Positions 28,541 through 39,566 are shown, numbered from the stretch's first letter. The stretch: DNA of 64,000 nucleotides from Vulcanimicrobiota bacterium (GCA_963820825.1 CAWGBN010000002.1:160001-224000); one strand, 5' to 3'. Notes: a model not told the origin generated them from the letters alone. Numbers and translations: made by a program.

Positions 28541-29226
28541 CGCGTGCCGTCGCCGACGAACGCGCAGATCTCGTCGACGACCCGTTGCGCGTCGATCGCG
28601 CTCGAGTCGATGACGTGCGCGTCGGGAGCCGGCGCGAGGGGCGAGACGGCCCGCGTCCGGTCGAGCCGGTCGCGCTCCTCGATCTCTTCGGCGAGGCGGT
28701 GCGCGTCGACGTCGACTCCTGCCTCTTCGAGTTGCATGCGCCGCCGCGCGGTGCGCGCCGCAATCGAGGCGGTGAGATAGATCTTGACCGGCGCGTTGGG
28801 AAGAACCACGGTGCCGATATCGCGTCCCGCCATCACGACCGGGCCCTGCTCGCCGATCCGGCGCTGCGCGCGTACCATTTCGGAACGGACTTCGGGGTGC
28901 GCGGCAACCGCAGAGACGATTGCCGTTACCTCGTTGCTCAGCAGCGCCGGCTCGTCGAGCTCCCGCCCGCCCGCGACGATCCGGAAGCCGAGCTGCGCGT
29001 TCGCGTCGAGCTTCACTTCGATCGGTGCGATCGTCATCAGCCGCGCGAGCGCGGCGCCGTTATCGACGTCGGTTCCGGTCCGCAACGCCAGCGAGGCGAG
29101 CGCGCGATACATCGCTCCGGTATCGAGATAGAGAATGCCGAGGCGCTGCGCGGTCGCACGCGCGACGGTGGTTTTTCCCGCCGCCGCCGGCCCGTCGATT
29201 GCAATTTGCAGGTGGGTTGGATTCAC
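28537..29226 (-). CDS. cmk: Cytidylate kinase
   Basis: IAIDGPAAAGKTT, LDTGAMYR, GRDIGTVV, ERDRLD. Confidence 0.96.
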   Translation of the reverse strand: MNPTHLQIAIDGPAAAGKTTVARATAQRLGILYLDTGAMYRALASLALRTGTDVDNGAALARLMTIAPIEVKLDANAQLGFRIVAGGRELDEPALLSNEVTAIVSAVAAHPEVRSEMVRAQRRIGEQGPVVMAGRDIGTVVLPNAPVKIYLTASIAARTARRRMQLEEAGVDVDAHRLAEEIEERDRLDRTRAVSPLAPAPDAHVIDSSAIDAQRVVDEICAFVGDGTR

Positions 29227-29279
29227 TACGCGCGCCCGATTCGCCCAGGCAAAGCAGCGGCCCCGCAGAACGCTGGTGA

Positions 29280-30608
29280 ATGGCTAAAGCGCGCGCGATT
29301 TTCTTTTGCTCGGCCTGTGGTTTCGAATCGCCGCGTTGGCTCGGACGGTGTCCGCAATGCAACGCGTGGAATTCGTTCGACGAGCGTCCGTTTACCGCCG
29401 GACAAAAGTCGGCTCGCGCCACGCGCGCGGCGGCGGCACCGAGCGCCGAACCGACGCCGCTGCGCGACGTTGGGTCGGCGGCCGTCGCTCGGCTGCGCGT
29501 CGGAATGCCCGAGTTCGACGCCGTCGTCGGCGGCGGTATCGTGCCGGGGAGCCTCACGCTCGTCGGCGGCCCTCCCGGCGCCGGTAAATCGACGCTCCTC
29601 CTGCAGATCGCAGCCGAGCTGGCGCGGCAGGGCGAGGTGATCTACGTCTGCGGCGAAGAGTCGGCCTCGCAGGTACGGCTGCGCGCGGACCGCACCCTGG
29701 GCAACACGAACGACGCCGCGCTCTTCGTCTATCCGGAGACGAATCTGCGCGCAGTGCTCGACCAACTCGAGCGGCGAGCACCGCTCGCCGTCGTCGTCGA
29801 TTCGATCCAGACGGTCTGGCTGCCGGAGTCGGAGGCCTATGCGGGAAGCGTAACGCAGATTCGCGATTGTACTGCGGCGCTCGTGGAGTATGCCAAACGT
29901 TCGGGTGCGGCGTGCTTCATCGTCGGGCACGTCACCAAAGACGGCGCGATTGCCGGACCGCGCTTACTCGAGCATCTCGTCGACACGGTACTCTACTTCG
30001 AGGGCGAGACCGGCGGCGAGTACCGGATCTTACGGGCGTATAAGAACCGGTTCGGTTCGATCGACGAGATTTGCGTCTTGACGATGCACGATGCCGGTCT
30101 GCGCGAGGTCGCCAACCCATCGGAGCTCTTTCTCGGCGCACGAATGCAGCGTCCGAGCGGCTCCTGCATCGTCGCTTCGATCGTCGGATCGCGGCCCGTG
30201 CTCATCGAAGTACAGGCGCTCGTCGGCGAGGCCGCCTATGGTACGCCGCGGCGGCTGGCAAATAATCTCGACCAGCAGCGACTCGCGATGATCATCGCCG
30301 TCTTGGAGCGTCGCGCGGGCTTTTCGTTGGGCACGCACGACGTCTACGCTTCGGTCGCCGGCGGCTTGCGCATCGTCGAACCCGCGGCAGATCTCGGCAT
30401 CGCGCTGGCGATCGCATCCTCGTTTCGCAACGTCGCAATCCCCGCCTCGGTCGCGGTATTCGGCGAGCTCGGTCTGTCGGGCGAGGTTCGCGCCGTCGCG
30501 TTACCCGAACGGCGCGAGGCCGAAGCGCGCAAGCTCGGCTATTCGCAGATCATCTCGCCGGCGAACACCGCCGACGTGCTCTCCGCGATCGAAACGGCGC
30601 TGCGCTGA
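29280..30608 (+). CDS. radA: DNA repair protein RadA/Sms
   Basis: CSACG..WLGRCPQC, GPPGAGKSTL, VDSIQT, GHVTKDG, KNRFG. Confidence 0.97.
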   Translation: MAKARAIFFCSACGFESPRWLGRCPQCNAWNSFDERPFTAGQKSARATRAAAAPSAEPTPLRDVGSAAVARLRVGMPEFDAVVGGGIVPGSLTLVGGPPGAGKSTLLLQIAAELARQGEVIYVCGEESASQVRLRADRTLGNTNDAALFVYPETNLRAVLDQLERRAPLAVVVDSIQTVWLPESEAYAGSVTQIRDCTAALVEYAKRSGAACFIVGHVTKDGAIAGPRLLEHLVDTVLYFEGETGGEYRILRAYKNRFGSIDEICVLTMHDAGLREVANPSELFLGARMQRPSGSCIVASIVGSRPVLIEVQALVGEAAYGTPRRLANNLDQQRLAMIIAVLERRAGFSLGTHDVYASVAGGLRIVEPAADLGIALAIASSFRNVAIPASVAVFGELGLSGEVRAVALPERREAEARKLGYSQIISPANTADVLSAIETALR

Positions 30609-31424
30609 ATGCTCTTCGAGATCGTCCCGAATCTTTCGGAGGGACGCGACCTTTCCACGATAGCGCACGCCTGCGACGCGGTGCGGTCGACCGGAGCGCG
30701 GCTGCTCGACTGGAGCAGCGACGCCCTCCATCATCGCAGCGTCTTGACGATCGTGGGGGACGCCCGCGAAGTGCTCGACGCCGCCGTTGCGCTCGCCGGA
30801 GTCGCGCTCGAGCGAATCGACTTGCGCGGCCATCGCGGTCTCCATCCGCGGATCGGCGCGCTCGACGTCTTGCCGTTCGTTCCGTTGCGCGATGCAACGC
30901 TGGAGGACGCAGCCGAGTTGGCGCATCGCGCCGGCGCCGAGATCTGGAGCCGGTACGCCATTCCCGCGTACTATTACGGCGCGGCCGCGCGCCGTCCCGA
31001 ACGCCTGCTCTTGCCGGAGATACGGCGAAACGTCGATTGGTTACCCGACGAAGGGGATCTTGCGCGCCACGTCAGCGCGGGCGCGGTCGCGATCGGCGCG
31101 CGCAACGTTTTGATTGCATTCAACGTCGAACTGGCGAGCACCGATCTCGCGGCAGCGCGCGCGATTGCCGTCGCCATCCGAGAACGAAACGGCGGCTTGC
31201 GCTCGCTTCGCGCGCTGGCACTTCCTCGCGGCGACGATCGGGTGCAGGTTTCGCTCAACGTCACGGATTATGTTGCAACGCCGCTCTATCGCGTGGTCGA
31301 GCTCGTTGCGCGGTTAGCGTGGGAACGCGGCATCGAAATTGCCGGCTGCGAGCTCGTCGGTTGCCTTCCTTGGGGAGCCGTTGAAGGGGCCGCTGCATAT
31401 TACTTAGGAGTCACACAACTGTGA
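30609..31424 (+). CDS. Glutamate formimidoyltransferase (FTCD transferase domain only)
   Basis: EIVPNLSEGR, HHRSVLT, HRGLHPRIGALDVLPFVP, GARNVLIAFNV, VQVSLN. Confidence 0.9.
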   Translation: MLFEIVPNLSEGRDLSTIAHACDAVRSTGARLLDWSSDALHHRSVLTIVGDAREVLDAAVALAGVALERIDLRGHRGLHPRIGALDVLPFVPLRDATLEDAAELAHRAGAEIWSRYAIPAYYYGAAARRPERLLLPEIRRNVDWLPDEGDLARHVSAGAVAIGARNVLIAFNVELASTDLAAARAIAVAIRERNGGLRSLRALALPRGDDRVQVSLNVTDYVATPLYRVVELVARLAWERGIEIAGCELVGCLPWGAVEGAAAYYLGVTQL

Positions 31425-34180
31425 TCACCCCAATCGACAATTCCTTCGCGCCTGCGCGAAGCGCAGCCCTGAGCGAAGGCGCGAGGCGCCTGAGTCGAAG
31501 GGTCAGGGTGACAACGCTCTGCCTATTGGTATTAGCGGGCCCGACCTTGCCTGCGAGCGCGCAGAGCGGGCCGGGCGACGGCGGGATATTCACGACGACG
31601 CTGCACAACGGGCTGCGCGTCGTCGTCGTCGAGGGCCGCGCCGCGCCCGTCGTCCAGACCTCGGTCTGGTACGGGTTCGGCTCGCTGCAGGAGACGCCGG
31701 GGAAGACCGGGCTCGCGCACGCGCTCGAGCACATGCTCTTTCGCGGAACGCCGGAGATCTCGTCGGGCGGCCTCGACGACATCACCGCGCGCCTGGGCGC
31801 GCAGATGAATGCCGAGACGAGCTACGACTACACCCAGTTTTACTTCGAGATGCCGGCCGACAAGCTCGACGTCGCGCTCTTCATCGAGGCGGACCGAATG
31901 GAGCACGCCGCACTGCGCGCCGCCGATTGGGCGATCGAGCGTAATGCGGTGCTCAACGAGATCGACGGCGACGACAGCTCGCCCTTCTACAATTTACTAT
32001 CGCGAGTTCGAGCGGCGGCGTTCCCGCGTCAGCCGGCCGGGCGGACGCCGCTGGGGAGCCGCGCCGACGTCGCCCGAGCGACCGTCGCCGACATCGCGCG
32101 CTACTACCGCGAGTGGTACGCGCCGAACAACGCGACGCTGGTCGTCTCCGGCGCCGTCGACCACGCGGCGGTCTTCGCCAAGGCGGCGCGCTACTTCGCA
32201 TCGGAGCCGGCCAAGAGACTCCCGCCGAAGGAGAGTTCGAATCCGGTTCCCGCGCCCGGTGCAACCGTCGAAGCGGAGTTTCCCTTTCCGTTCGAGATCC
32301 TCGATCTGGCCTATTCGGTTCCCGGCGACACGCAGCACGGCGAAGCGGCGATCAGCACGCTGGCGACGCTCTTGGAGAACCAGCGCTCGCCGTTCTACAA
32401 GGCGTTGGTCGAGAGCAATATCGCGCTGGCGATCGAAGCGAATGCCGATACGCAGCTCAAAGGCGGCCTGCTCAACGTCTTCATCGTCCTCAATCCCGGA
32501 CGAAGCAGCCGCGAGGCCCAATCGGTCTTTCAGGCGACGCTCGACTCGGCGCTGAGCAGCGGTCTCGATCCCGATCTCGTTCTCGCTGCAAAACGATTGA
32601 CGATGGCCGAGCGAATGTACTCGGCCGACTCGATCGACGGCATCGGTGACCTCGCCGGCTATACCTACGGCATCGTCAACGAGCGTATCGCCGACGAGGA
32701 CTCGCGGCTCGCAGCGCTGACCGGTGAAGATCTGCTCGCCGCCGCGCGAACCTATTTGAGCCGGCCAACGGTCGTGGGACATCTGACGCCTAACGAACGC
32801 CCGCCGCACGGGAACTCGCAGAAGAGCAGCGCCGAGGCAACCGACGACTTCTCCAAACGCATACCGCACGGCCCGATCGTCGAGCCGGCGTGGATCGCCA
32901 AAGCGATCCGCACGCCGACGAGCGAGCGCAGCGCGCTTGCGCCGGTCGAGTTCACGCTCTCCAACGGTTCGCGCGTCATCGTGCAGACCAAGACCGACCG
33001 TCCAACCTTCGTGCTGCAGGGACAGATCGCGTCGTCGCCCGCCTTCGAGCCCCCCGGCAAAGAGGGCATCGCGCGTTTGGCCGGCGGCGTCGCCGACTAC
33101 GGCAGCGCGAGCTATCCGTTCGAGCAACGGCGCAAAGCGACCGACGAGATGGGCGCCTTCGTCAATACCGGGTCGAACTTTTCGGCAACCGGCATGAGCG
33201 CCGATTTCGAACGCATCGTGGCGATTCTCGCCGACGGCGAACAGCATCCAACCTTCGCCGATCCGTGGTTCGGAGTCGAGCGTTCGCAGCTCGCCAACAG
33301 CCTGCAATCGGAGTCGAATATCTCCGGCGTCATGATCAATCGGGCGTACTACCGGCTCTTGCTCGCCGGCGACGATCCGACGCTGCGCCAGGCAACCTCG
33401 CAGAGCATCGGCGATATTTCCCAAGCCGACTTGCTCGCGTATACCCAACGCTACTGGCGCCCCGATCTCACGACGATCGCGGTCGCCGGAAATCTCTCAC
33501 CGCAGCGCGTGCGCAGTGCACTCGAGTCTGCCTTCGGTTCGTGGCAAGTGAGCGGCGCGAAGCCCGATCCGCATCTGATGCCGATGCCGCCCGCAGCCAG
33601 CGGTCACGATTACATCGGCACGACCGCCAATCAAGTCTACATTCGACTCGGTCAGCCCGCGCTCTCGCGCTCGAATCCCGATTACAATACCTTCTTGCTG
33701 CTCAACCAAATCTTGGGCGGCAGCGGCGACTTCGAATCGCGCCTCTGGCAGGAGCTTCGGCAGAAGCGGGGACTCGTCTATAGTGTGAGCAGCACGCTCG
33801 ACTCCGACAACGACCGCGGCGATTTTCGCATCGAGTTGAACGCCTCGCCGGAACGCGTCGTCGAAGCCGTCGAGTTCGTTCGCCAGGAACTCCAACGGCT
33901 CCAGGACGCGCCGGTTTCGCAGACCGAGCTCGACGAAGCGAAGGTGCGCCTGGTCAGCAACGCGCTGCTCGACGAAGCCTCTTCCTCCGGACAGGCAAAG
34001 CAGCTCATGGACATCGCGTCGAACGCTCTTCCGCTCAACTATTATGCCACGATGAACGAACGCTTCGCACGGATTACCCCGGCCGACGTCCAGCGCGTCG
34101 CGCGTGAGTATCTGCACCCCAGCCGCCTGGTGGAAGTCTACGCCGGCCCATCGGGCCCGTGGTCGCAGCACGCGATATGA
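31421..34180 (+). CDS. Secreted M16 (pitrilysin/PqqL-like) zinc peptidase; alternative start GTG 31508
   Basis: GLAHALEHMLFRGT (HxxEH), WYAPNNA, second half TLSNG, SRLWQELRQKRGLVYSV. Confidence 0.93.
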   Translation: MITPIDNSFAPARSAALSEGARRLSRRVRVTTLCLLVLAGPTLPASAQSGPGDGGIFTTTLHNGLRVVVVEGRAAPVVQTSVWYGFGSLQETPGKTGLAHALEHMLFRGTPEISSGGLDDITARLGAQMNAETSYDYTQFYFEMPADKLDVALFIEADRMEHAALRAADWAIERNAVLNEIDGDDSSPFYNLLSRVRAAAFPRQPAGRTPLGSRADVARATVADIARYYREWYAPNNATLVVSGAVDHAAVFAKAARYFASEPAKRLPPKESSNPVPAPGATVEAEFPFPFEILDLAYSVPGDTQHGEAAISTLATLLENQRSPFYKALVESNIALAIEANADTQLKGGLLNVFIVLNPGRSSREAQSVFQATLDSALSSGLDPDLVLAAKRLTMAERMYSADSIDGIGDLAGYTYGIVNERIADEDSRLAALTGEDLLAAARTYLSRPTVVGHLTPNERPPHGNSQKSSAEATDDFSKRIPHGPIVEPAWIAKAIRTPTSERSALAPVEFTLSNGSRVIVQTKTDRPTFVLQGQIASSPAFEPPGKEGIARLAGGVADYGSASYPFEQRRKATDEMGAFVNTGSNFSATGMSADFERIVAILADGEQHPTFADPWFGVERSQLANSLQSESNISGVMINRAYYRLLLAGDDPTLRQATSQSIGDISQADLLAYTQRYWRPDLTTIAVAGNLSPQRVRSALESAFGSWQVSGAKPDPHLMPMPPAASGHDYIGTTANQVYIRLGQPALSRSNPDYNTFLLLNQILGGSGDFESRLWQELRQKRGLVYSVSSTLDSDNDRGDFRIELNASPERVVEAVEFVRQELQRLQDAPVSQTELDEAKVRLVSNALLDEASSSGQAKQLMDIASNALPLNYYATMNERFARITPADVQRVAREYLHPSRLVEVYAGPSGPWSQHAI
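31463..31502. repeat. REP-like element (reverse orientation) at the 5' end of the M16 peptidase gene
   Basis: Reverse complement CCCTTCGACTCAGGCGCCTCGCGCCTTCGCTCAGGGCTGC. Confidence 0.7.
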
Positions 34181-35538
34181 TCGAGACGATCGATCCGACG
34201 ACGGGGCGCATTCTCGAGCGCTTTCCCCTCATGGACGCCGCGCAGATCGCGGCAAAACTCGACGCGGCAGTAGCGGCGCAGACCCACTGGGCTCAGACGT
34301 CGTTCGCCGATCGAGCCGCGGTGCTGCGCGCAATTGCTGTGAAAATACGCGACCAACGCGAGTCGCTCGCGGCGACGGCGGTGCGCGAGATGGGCAAGCC
34401 GATCGTGCAGGCTCGCGCGGAGATCGAGAAGTGCGCCTGGGCACTCGAATACTTTGCGGAAAACGGCGAAGCGATGCTCGCCGCGCAAGCCGCGCCAAGC
34501 TCGGCGGCGCGCAGCTACGTCGCGTTCCGTCCGCTCGGCGTGCTGCTCGCGATCATGCCGTGGAACTTTCCCTATTGGCAAGTGATCCGCGCGGCCGCGC
34601 CGGCGCTGATGGCCGGCAATACCATGGTGCTCAAGCATGCCGCGAACACGACCCGCTGCGCGCTCGAGCTGGAACGAATCGTCAGCGAAGCGGGCGGGCC
34701 GGCCGGGCTCTTCGGTGCACTGATCGCGCGCGGCGACGGCATCGACTCGGTCGTCGGTGATCCGCGGATCGCCGCGGTGACGCTCACCGGCAGCGAGCGG
34801 GCCGGGGCCTCGGTCGCACGCGCGGCCGGCGAGAGCCTCAAGAAGTGCGTGCTCGAACTCGGCGGATCGGATCCGTTCGTCGTTTTTGCCGATGCGGATC
34901 TCGAGTCGGCGGCGAAGACGGCGGTCACCGCGCGATTTCAGAATAACGGCGAGAGCTGCATCGCCGCGAAGCGCTTCATCGTTGAGGAGCCGGTTTACGA
35001 CGAGTTCGCGAGCCGCTTCGCCGAGTTCGCCGCGGCGCAGATCATCGGCAATCCGATGGAGGAACGCGTACAGATCGGTCCCTGCGCGCGCGAAGACCTT
35101 CGGGCAAGCGTCCACACGCAGGTCTCGCGGAGCCTCGAGCGCGGGGCGGGTCTCGCGCTCGGCGGCAAACCGATTGAGGGCGCGGGCTACTTCTACGAAC
35201 CCACGATCGTCACTGAAGTCGTTCCCGGCATGGCGATGTTCGACGAGGAAGTCTTCGGACCGGCCGCCGCGGTCGTGCGGGCGACGGATCGCGAGCATGC
35301 GATCGCGCTGGCAAATGCGTCGTCGTTCGGCTTGGGCTCGAGCATTTGGACGAGCGATGTGAACGCTGCCGAGACGTTTGCCGGGCGAATCGAAGCCGGT
35401 GCCGTCTTTATCAACGGCATGGTCGCGAGCGACCCGCGCTTACCGTTCGGCGGCGTCAAGAAGAGCGGCTACGGACGCGAGCTCTCCGCCTTCGGAATCC
35501 ACGAGTTCGTCAACATCCAAACCGTCTGGATCGGCTGA
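34177..35538 (+). CDS. NAD(P)-dependent succinate-semialdehyde dehydrogenase (Sad/GabD-like)
   Basis: IMPWNFP, LTGSERAG, LELGGSDP, NNGESCIAAKR, EEVFGP, PFGGVKKSGYGREL. Confidence 0.93.
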   Translation: MIETIDPTTGRILERFPLMDAAQIAAKLDAAVAAQTHWAQTSFADRAAVLRAIAVKIRDQRESLAATAVREMGKPIVQARAEIEKCAWALEYFAENGEAMLAAQAAPSSAARSYVAFRPLGVLLAIMPWNFPYWQVIRAAAPALMAGNTMVLKHAANTTRCALELERIVSEAGGPAGLFGALIARGDGIDSVVGDPRIAAVTLTGSERAGASVARAAGESLKKCVLELGGSDPFVVFADADLESAAKTAVTARFQNNGESCIAAKRFIVEEPVYDEFASRFAEFAAAQIIGNPMEERVQIGPCAREDLRASVHTQVSRSLERGAGLALGGKPIEGAGYFYEPTIVTEVVPGMAMFDEEVFGPAAAVVRATDREHAIALANASSFGLGSSIWTSDVNAAETFAGRIEAGAVFINGMVASDPRLPFGGVKKSGYGRELSAFGIHEFVNIQTVWIG

Positions 35539-35549
35539 CTCGCGACCGA

Positions 35550-35583
35550 CCCTCAATTCGCGGCGCGCCTCGCTCAGGATGAC
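35550..35583. repeat. Degenerate REP-like element; supplies the aminotransferase stop codon
   Basis: ...GGCGCGCCTCGCTCAGGATGAC. Confidence 0.6.
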
Positions 35584-36716
35584 GCAACGCTAAGTGAGGC
35601 GGCGTATTCGGCGATGCGGGATAAGCCCAGCGCGACGTGGTTGGGCGCCGAGACCCAGCTCAGCCGCAGCCAACCCTCCATCGAGGGACCGAAGGCAACG
35701 CCCGGAACGGCTACGACGTCGTATCGCTCGATGAGATCGTGCGACGCCTGCAGCGAGCTCGTTCCCTCCGGCAGGCGCATGCAGAGATAGAACGTTCCTT
35801 CCGGTGCGATGAATCGCAGACCGCTCGGCCGTAACAACCCGAGCAGCTCGTCGCGCCGTTCGCGATACCAAGCGGCGTGCTCGCGCAGCGCGCCCGGCGT
35901 CTCGAAAACGTGCAGCGCGACGCGCTGGGCGAAGGTGTCGGCACACGACGCGATCCAGGCGTGCACTTTGATCGCTTCCTCGACGAAGTCGCGCGGCCCC
36001 AGCAGCCAGCCTAAACGCAGACCGGTCAGCGCGTTGCTCTTGCTCAGCGAGTTCGTCACGATCGTGCGGGGATAGAGCCGCGCGAGTTCGGCGAAATCCT
36101 CGACGTAGACCTGTTCGCGATAGATCTCGTCGTGAATCAACCAGATCGGCTCGCCGGAGCGCTGCTCGAGCGCACGCACCAAACGCTCGGCCTCGCGTTG
36201 AGAGAGAATCCGCGCGGTCGGATTAGACGGCGAGCAGAGCACGATGGCGCGAGTCCGTTCGCCGATCGCGGCGACGATCGCATCGGCGTCGAAGGCAAAA
36301 TCCGCGGCCTTGCGCATGACGACGCTCCTGGCGGCGATTCCCTCGAGGGCGGCCATCTTCTGATACGACGGAAAGCAGGGCTCGACGATCAGCAGTTCGT
36401 CGCGCGCGGGATCGAGGAGCGTCTTGAGGGCCACGTACATGGCCTCTTGCGAGCCGACCGTCACGCAGACGTTTTCGCCGCGATTCATCTCGGGATAGTC
36501 GTAGTGCCGTGCGATCGCGTGGCGAAGGGCGGGGTCGCCGGCATTCGGCGTGTATTTTATGCCCCGCTCGGCGACGTACCGCATCGCGTCTTCGAAATGC
36601 GCCGGATTGGGAAGCAGCGACGGCTCGCCCAAGCCGAGGTCGATCGAGGTGGGCTTCTTCTTGCCGGCGACCTCGCGGATCAACGAGGGCGAGATATCTC
36701 GTATGCGCGGATTCAT
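35574..36716 (-). CDS. Class I/II PLP-dependent aminotransferase (possibly DapC-like given linkage to dapD)
   Basis: LGLGEP, GSQEAM, SPSNPT, HDEIY, SLSKSNALTGLRLG; ATGA overlap with dapD. Confidence 0.9.
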   Translation of the reverse strand: MNPRIRDISPSLIREVAGKKKPTSIDLGLGEPSLLPNPAHFEDAMRYVAERGIKYTPNAGDPALRHAIARHYDYPEMNRGENVCVTVGSQEAMYVALKTLLDPARDELLIVEPCFPSYQKMAALEGIAARSVVMRKAADFAFDADAIVAAIGERTRAIVLCSPSNPTARILSQREAERLVRALEQRSGEPIWLIHDEIYREQVYVEDFAELARLYPRTIVTNSLSKSNALTGLRLGWLLGPRDFVEEAIKVHAWIASCADTFAQRVALHVFETPGALREHAAWYRERRDELLGLLRPSGLRFIAPEGTFYLCMRLPEGTSSLQASHDLIERYDVVAVPGVAFGPSMEGWLRLSWVSAPNHVALGLSRIAEYAASLSVASS

Positions 36717-37495
36717 ATGGCGAGGTCGTGCTCGCGCAGCACCTCGTTGAGCGAGGTCTTCAGATCGGTCGACTCGCTGCGCGTGCCGACGATCAGCGCG
36801 CAGGGCGCCCCGAACTCGCCGGCGGGGAAGCGCTTCGGCTGCGTACCCGGAATGACGATCGCGCGCGCGGGAATGCATCCGCGCAGCGTAACCGGCTCGC
36901 TGCCGCGCACGTCGAGGATCGGCGTGCTCGCGGTAACGACGACGCCGGCGCCGAGGACCGCTTCGCGCTCGACGCGCACCCCTTCGACGAGAATGCAGCG
37001 CGAGCCGATGAAGGCTCCCTCTTCGACGATCACCGGGGCGGCTTGCGGTGGTTCGAGCACGCCGCCGATCCCGACGCCGCCGGAGAGATGGACCTGCTTG
37101 CCGATCTGCGCGCACGAGCCGACCGTTGCCCACGTATCGATCATCGTGCCTTCGCCGACGTAGGCGCCGATATTGACGAACGCCGGCATCAAGACGACGC
37201 CGGGCGCAAGAAAGCTTCCGTATCGAGCCGCTCCCGGACGGACGCAGCGGACGCCGACCTTTCGATAGTTGCGTTTGAGCGGAATCCGGCGATGGTAACG
37301 CGCGAAGTAGAGGTGGATCGCTTCCTTGACCCATGCGTTGGTCACCCACTGCTCGCCGCGCGGCTCCGCCGCGCGCACTTCGCCGGTGTCGAGCAACGCG
37401 ATCGCGCGATCGATCGTGCGACCGGCGCGTCCGTGCACGTCGCCTTCGCCCCGCGCCAATGCCTCGATCTTTGCTTGCAGTTCTTCCAACGTCAC
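36713..37495 (-). CDS. dapD: Tetrahydrodipicolinate N-succinyltransferase
   Basis: VNIGAYVGEGTMIDTWATVGSCAQIG, HLSGGVGIGGVLEP, KTSLNEVLR. Confidence 0.94.
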   Translation of the reverse strand: MTLEELQAKIEALARGEGDVHGRAGRTIDRAIALLDTGEVRAAEPRGEQWVTNAWVKEAIHLYFARYHRRIPLKRNYRKVGVRCVRPGAARYGSFLAPGVVLMPAFVNIGAYVGEGTMIDTWATVGSCAQIGKQVHLSGGVGIGGVLEPPQAAPVIVEEGAFIGSRCILVEGVRVEREAVLGAGVVVTASTPILDVRGSEPVTLRGCIPARAIVIPGTQPKRFPAGEFGAPCALIVGTRSESTDLKTSLNEVLREHDLAI

Positions 37496-37550
37496 ACGCT
37501 GAAGCTACGGCACCAGGTAAGCCTGCCCCCGCGTCGTGAAAGGATATTCC

Positions 37551-39556
37551 GTGCCGAACTCGCCCGCCGACGAGCAACGAATCAATGCGATCCGCTTCTT
37601 AGCGGTCGACGCCGTACAGAAGGCCAACTCCGGGCATCCCGGCATGCCGATGGGCGCGGCGGCAATGGCGTACACGCTATGGACGCGTCATCTGCGCTTC
37701 AATCCGGCGGATCCGCACTGGCTCAATCGCGACCGATTCGTGCTGTCGGCCGGCCACGGCTCGATGCTCCTCTACGGGCTGCTCTATCTGACCGGTTACA
37801 ACGTCACGCTCGACGATCTCAAGAGTTTCCGTCAATTCGGAAGCATTACGCCGGGGCATCCCGAGGTCGAGCGTACGCCGGGCGTCGAGGCGACGACCGG
37901 GCCCGCTCGGCCAAGGGATCGGCAACTCCGTGGGCATGGCGATCGCCGAAGCTCACATGAGTGCAATCTACAATCGCGACGACGCCGCGATCGTCGATCA
38001 CTTTACCTACTGCATCTGCGGCGACGGCGATTTGATGGAGGGCATCAGTCAAGAGGCGCTCTCGCTCGCCGGTCACCTCAAACTCGGCAAACTGGTCGTA
38101 CTCTACGACGACAACCTCGTCTCGCTCGCAGGCCCGACCGACCTCGCCTTCTCCGACGATGCGGTCGCGCGCTTCGACGCCAGCGGCTGGCATACGCAGC
38201 TGATCAACGTAGATCGCGGCAACGACGTCGCGACGATCGACCAGGCGATTGCGGTGGCGAAGAACGTCGTCGACCGACCGTCGTTTATCGCGGTGCGGAC
38301 GCACATCGGTTTCGGATCGCCGCGTCAAGACAGTTACCTCGCGCACGGCGAGCCGCTCGGACCCGACAACGTCAAGAAATCCAAAGAGGAACTCGACTGG
38401 CCGCTCGAGCCGGATTTCTACGTGCCCGACGACGTGCTCGCATTCTACCGCGAGCTCGGCAAGAAGGGCGCGGATCTCGAGGCGCAGTGGAGCGCGACGC
38501 TCGATGCGTGGAAACGAGCAAACCCGGAACTCGGCGCGCAGCTCGAGCGAACGTTGCGCGGCGAGTTGCCGGCGAGTCTGCCGTGGCCGGCATTCACCAC
38601 CGAGAACGGGAACGTCGCGACGCGCGATGCCGGCGGAACCGTCATGAACGCGATCGCCCTCTCGCTTCCCGAGCTCGTCGGCGGATCGGCCGATCTCGAC
38701 CCATCGACGAAAACCTACCTCAAGAACTGCGGCGACTTCCAACCGAACGATTACGCCGGACGCAACATCCATTACGGCGTCCGCGAGCATGCAATGGCGG
38801 CCTGCACGAACGGGATCGCGCTTCACGGCGGGCTGCTTCCATTCTGCGCGACCTTCTTCAACTTTGTCGACTATCTCAAGCCGGCGCTGCGCCTGGGCTG
38901 TCTGAGCGGCGTTCACTCGATCTACGTCTTCACCCACGATTCGGTCTTTCTCGGTGAAGACGGTCCGACGCATCAGCCGATCGAGCAGCTGGCGACGCTG
39001 CGCGCGACGCCGAACTGCTACGTCATCCGGCCGGCCGATTCGCTCGAGACGCTCGAGGCCTGGAAGCTTGCGGTCGCCGCCAAGAACGCGCCCTACGTTC
39101 TCGTCCTCACGCGGCAGAAGGTGCCGTTCCTCGGCGCGCGCGACGCGGCAGTCGGCAAAGGGGCCTACGTGCTCGCCGACGCGCAAGGCGGCAGCCCGGA
39201 GCTCATCCTGATCGCCACAGGCTCCGAAGTCGCACTTGCGGTCGATGCAAAGAAGATTCTCGACGCGCAAGGGCCTGCGCACGCGGGTCGTGTCGATGCC
39301 CTGCTGGGAGCTTTTCGACGCGCAACCGCAGGCGTATCGCGACGACGTCCTTCCCCCGGGAGTCGCCGCGCGCATGTCGATCGAAGCGGGCGCGACGCTG
39401 GGGTGGTCTAAGTACGTCGGCGACGCCGGATTCGCTTTCGGTATCGACAAGTTCGGGACGTCGGCTCCGTTAGCGGCCGTGGCCAAGGCATACGGCTTCA
39501 CCCCGGAAAACGTTGCCGACGTAGCCCTCCGGAATTTCCAACTCGCCGCCCGTTAG
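37551..39556 (+). CDS. tkt: Transketolase; two +1 frameshifts (~37900, ~39270), probably sequence errors
   Basis: [62 protein letters not shown] across three frames. Confidence 0.94.
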
Positions 39557-39566
39557 GAGACGATAG

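Noticed and set aside
35574..37577. 667-aa aminotransferase with long N-terminal extension (similar extensions on thiL, the PASTA gene, rlmB, plsX and the 5008 lipoprotein)
   Set aside because: Extensions are off-frame or antisense readings of neighbouring genes; homology starts at the junctions
37890..39280. Programmed ribosomal frameshifting in tkt and other genes
   Set aside because: No slippery heptamers or shared signal; pattern fits homopolymer indel errors
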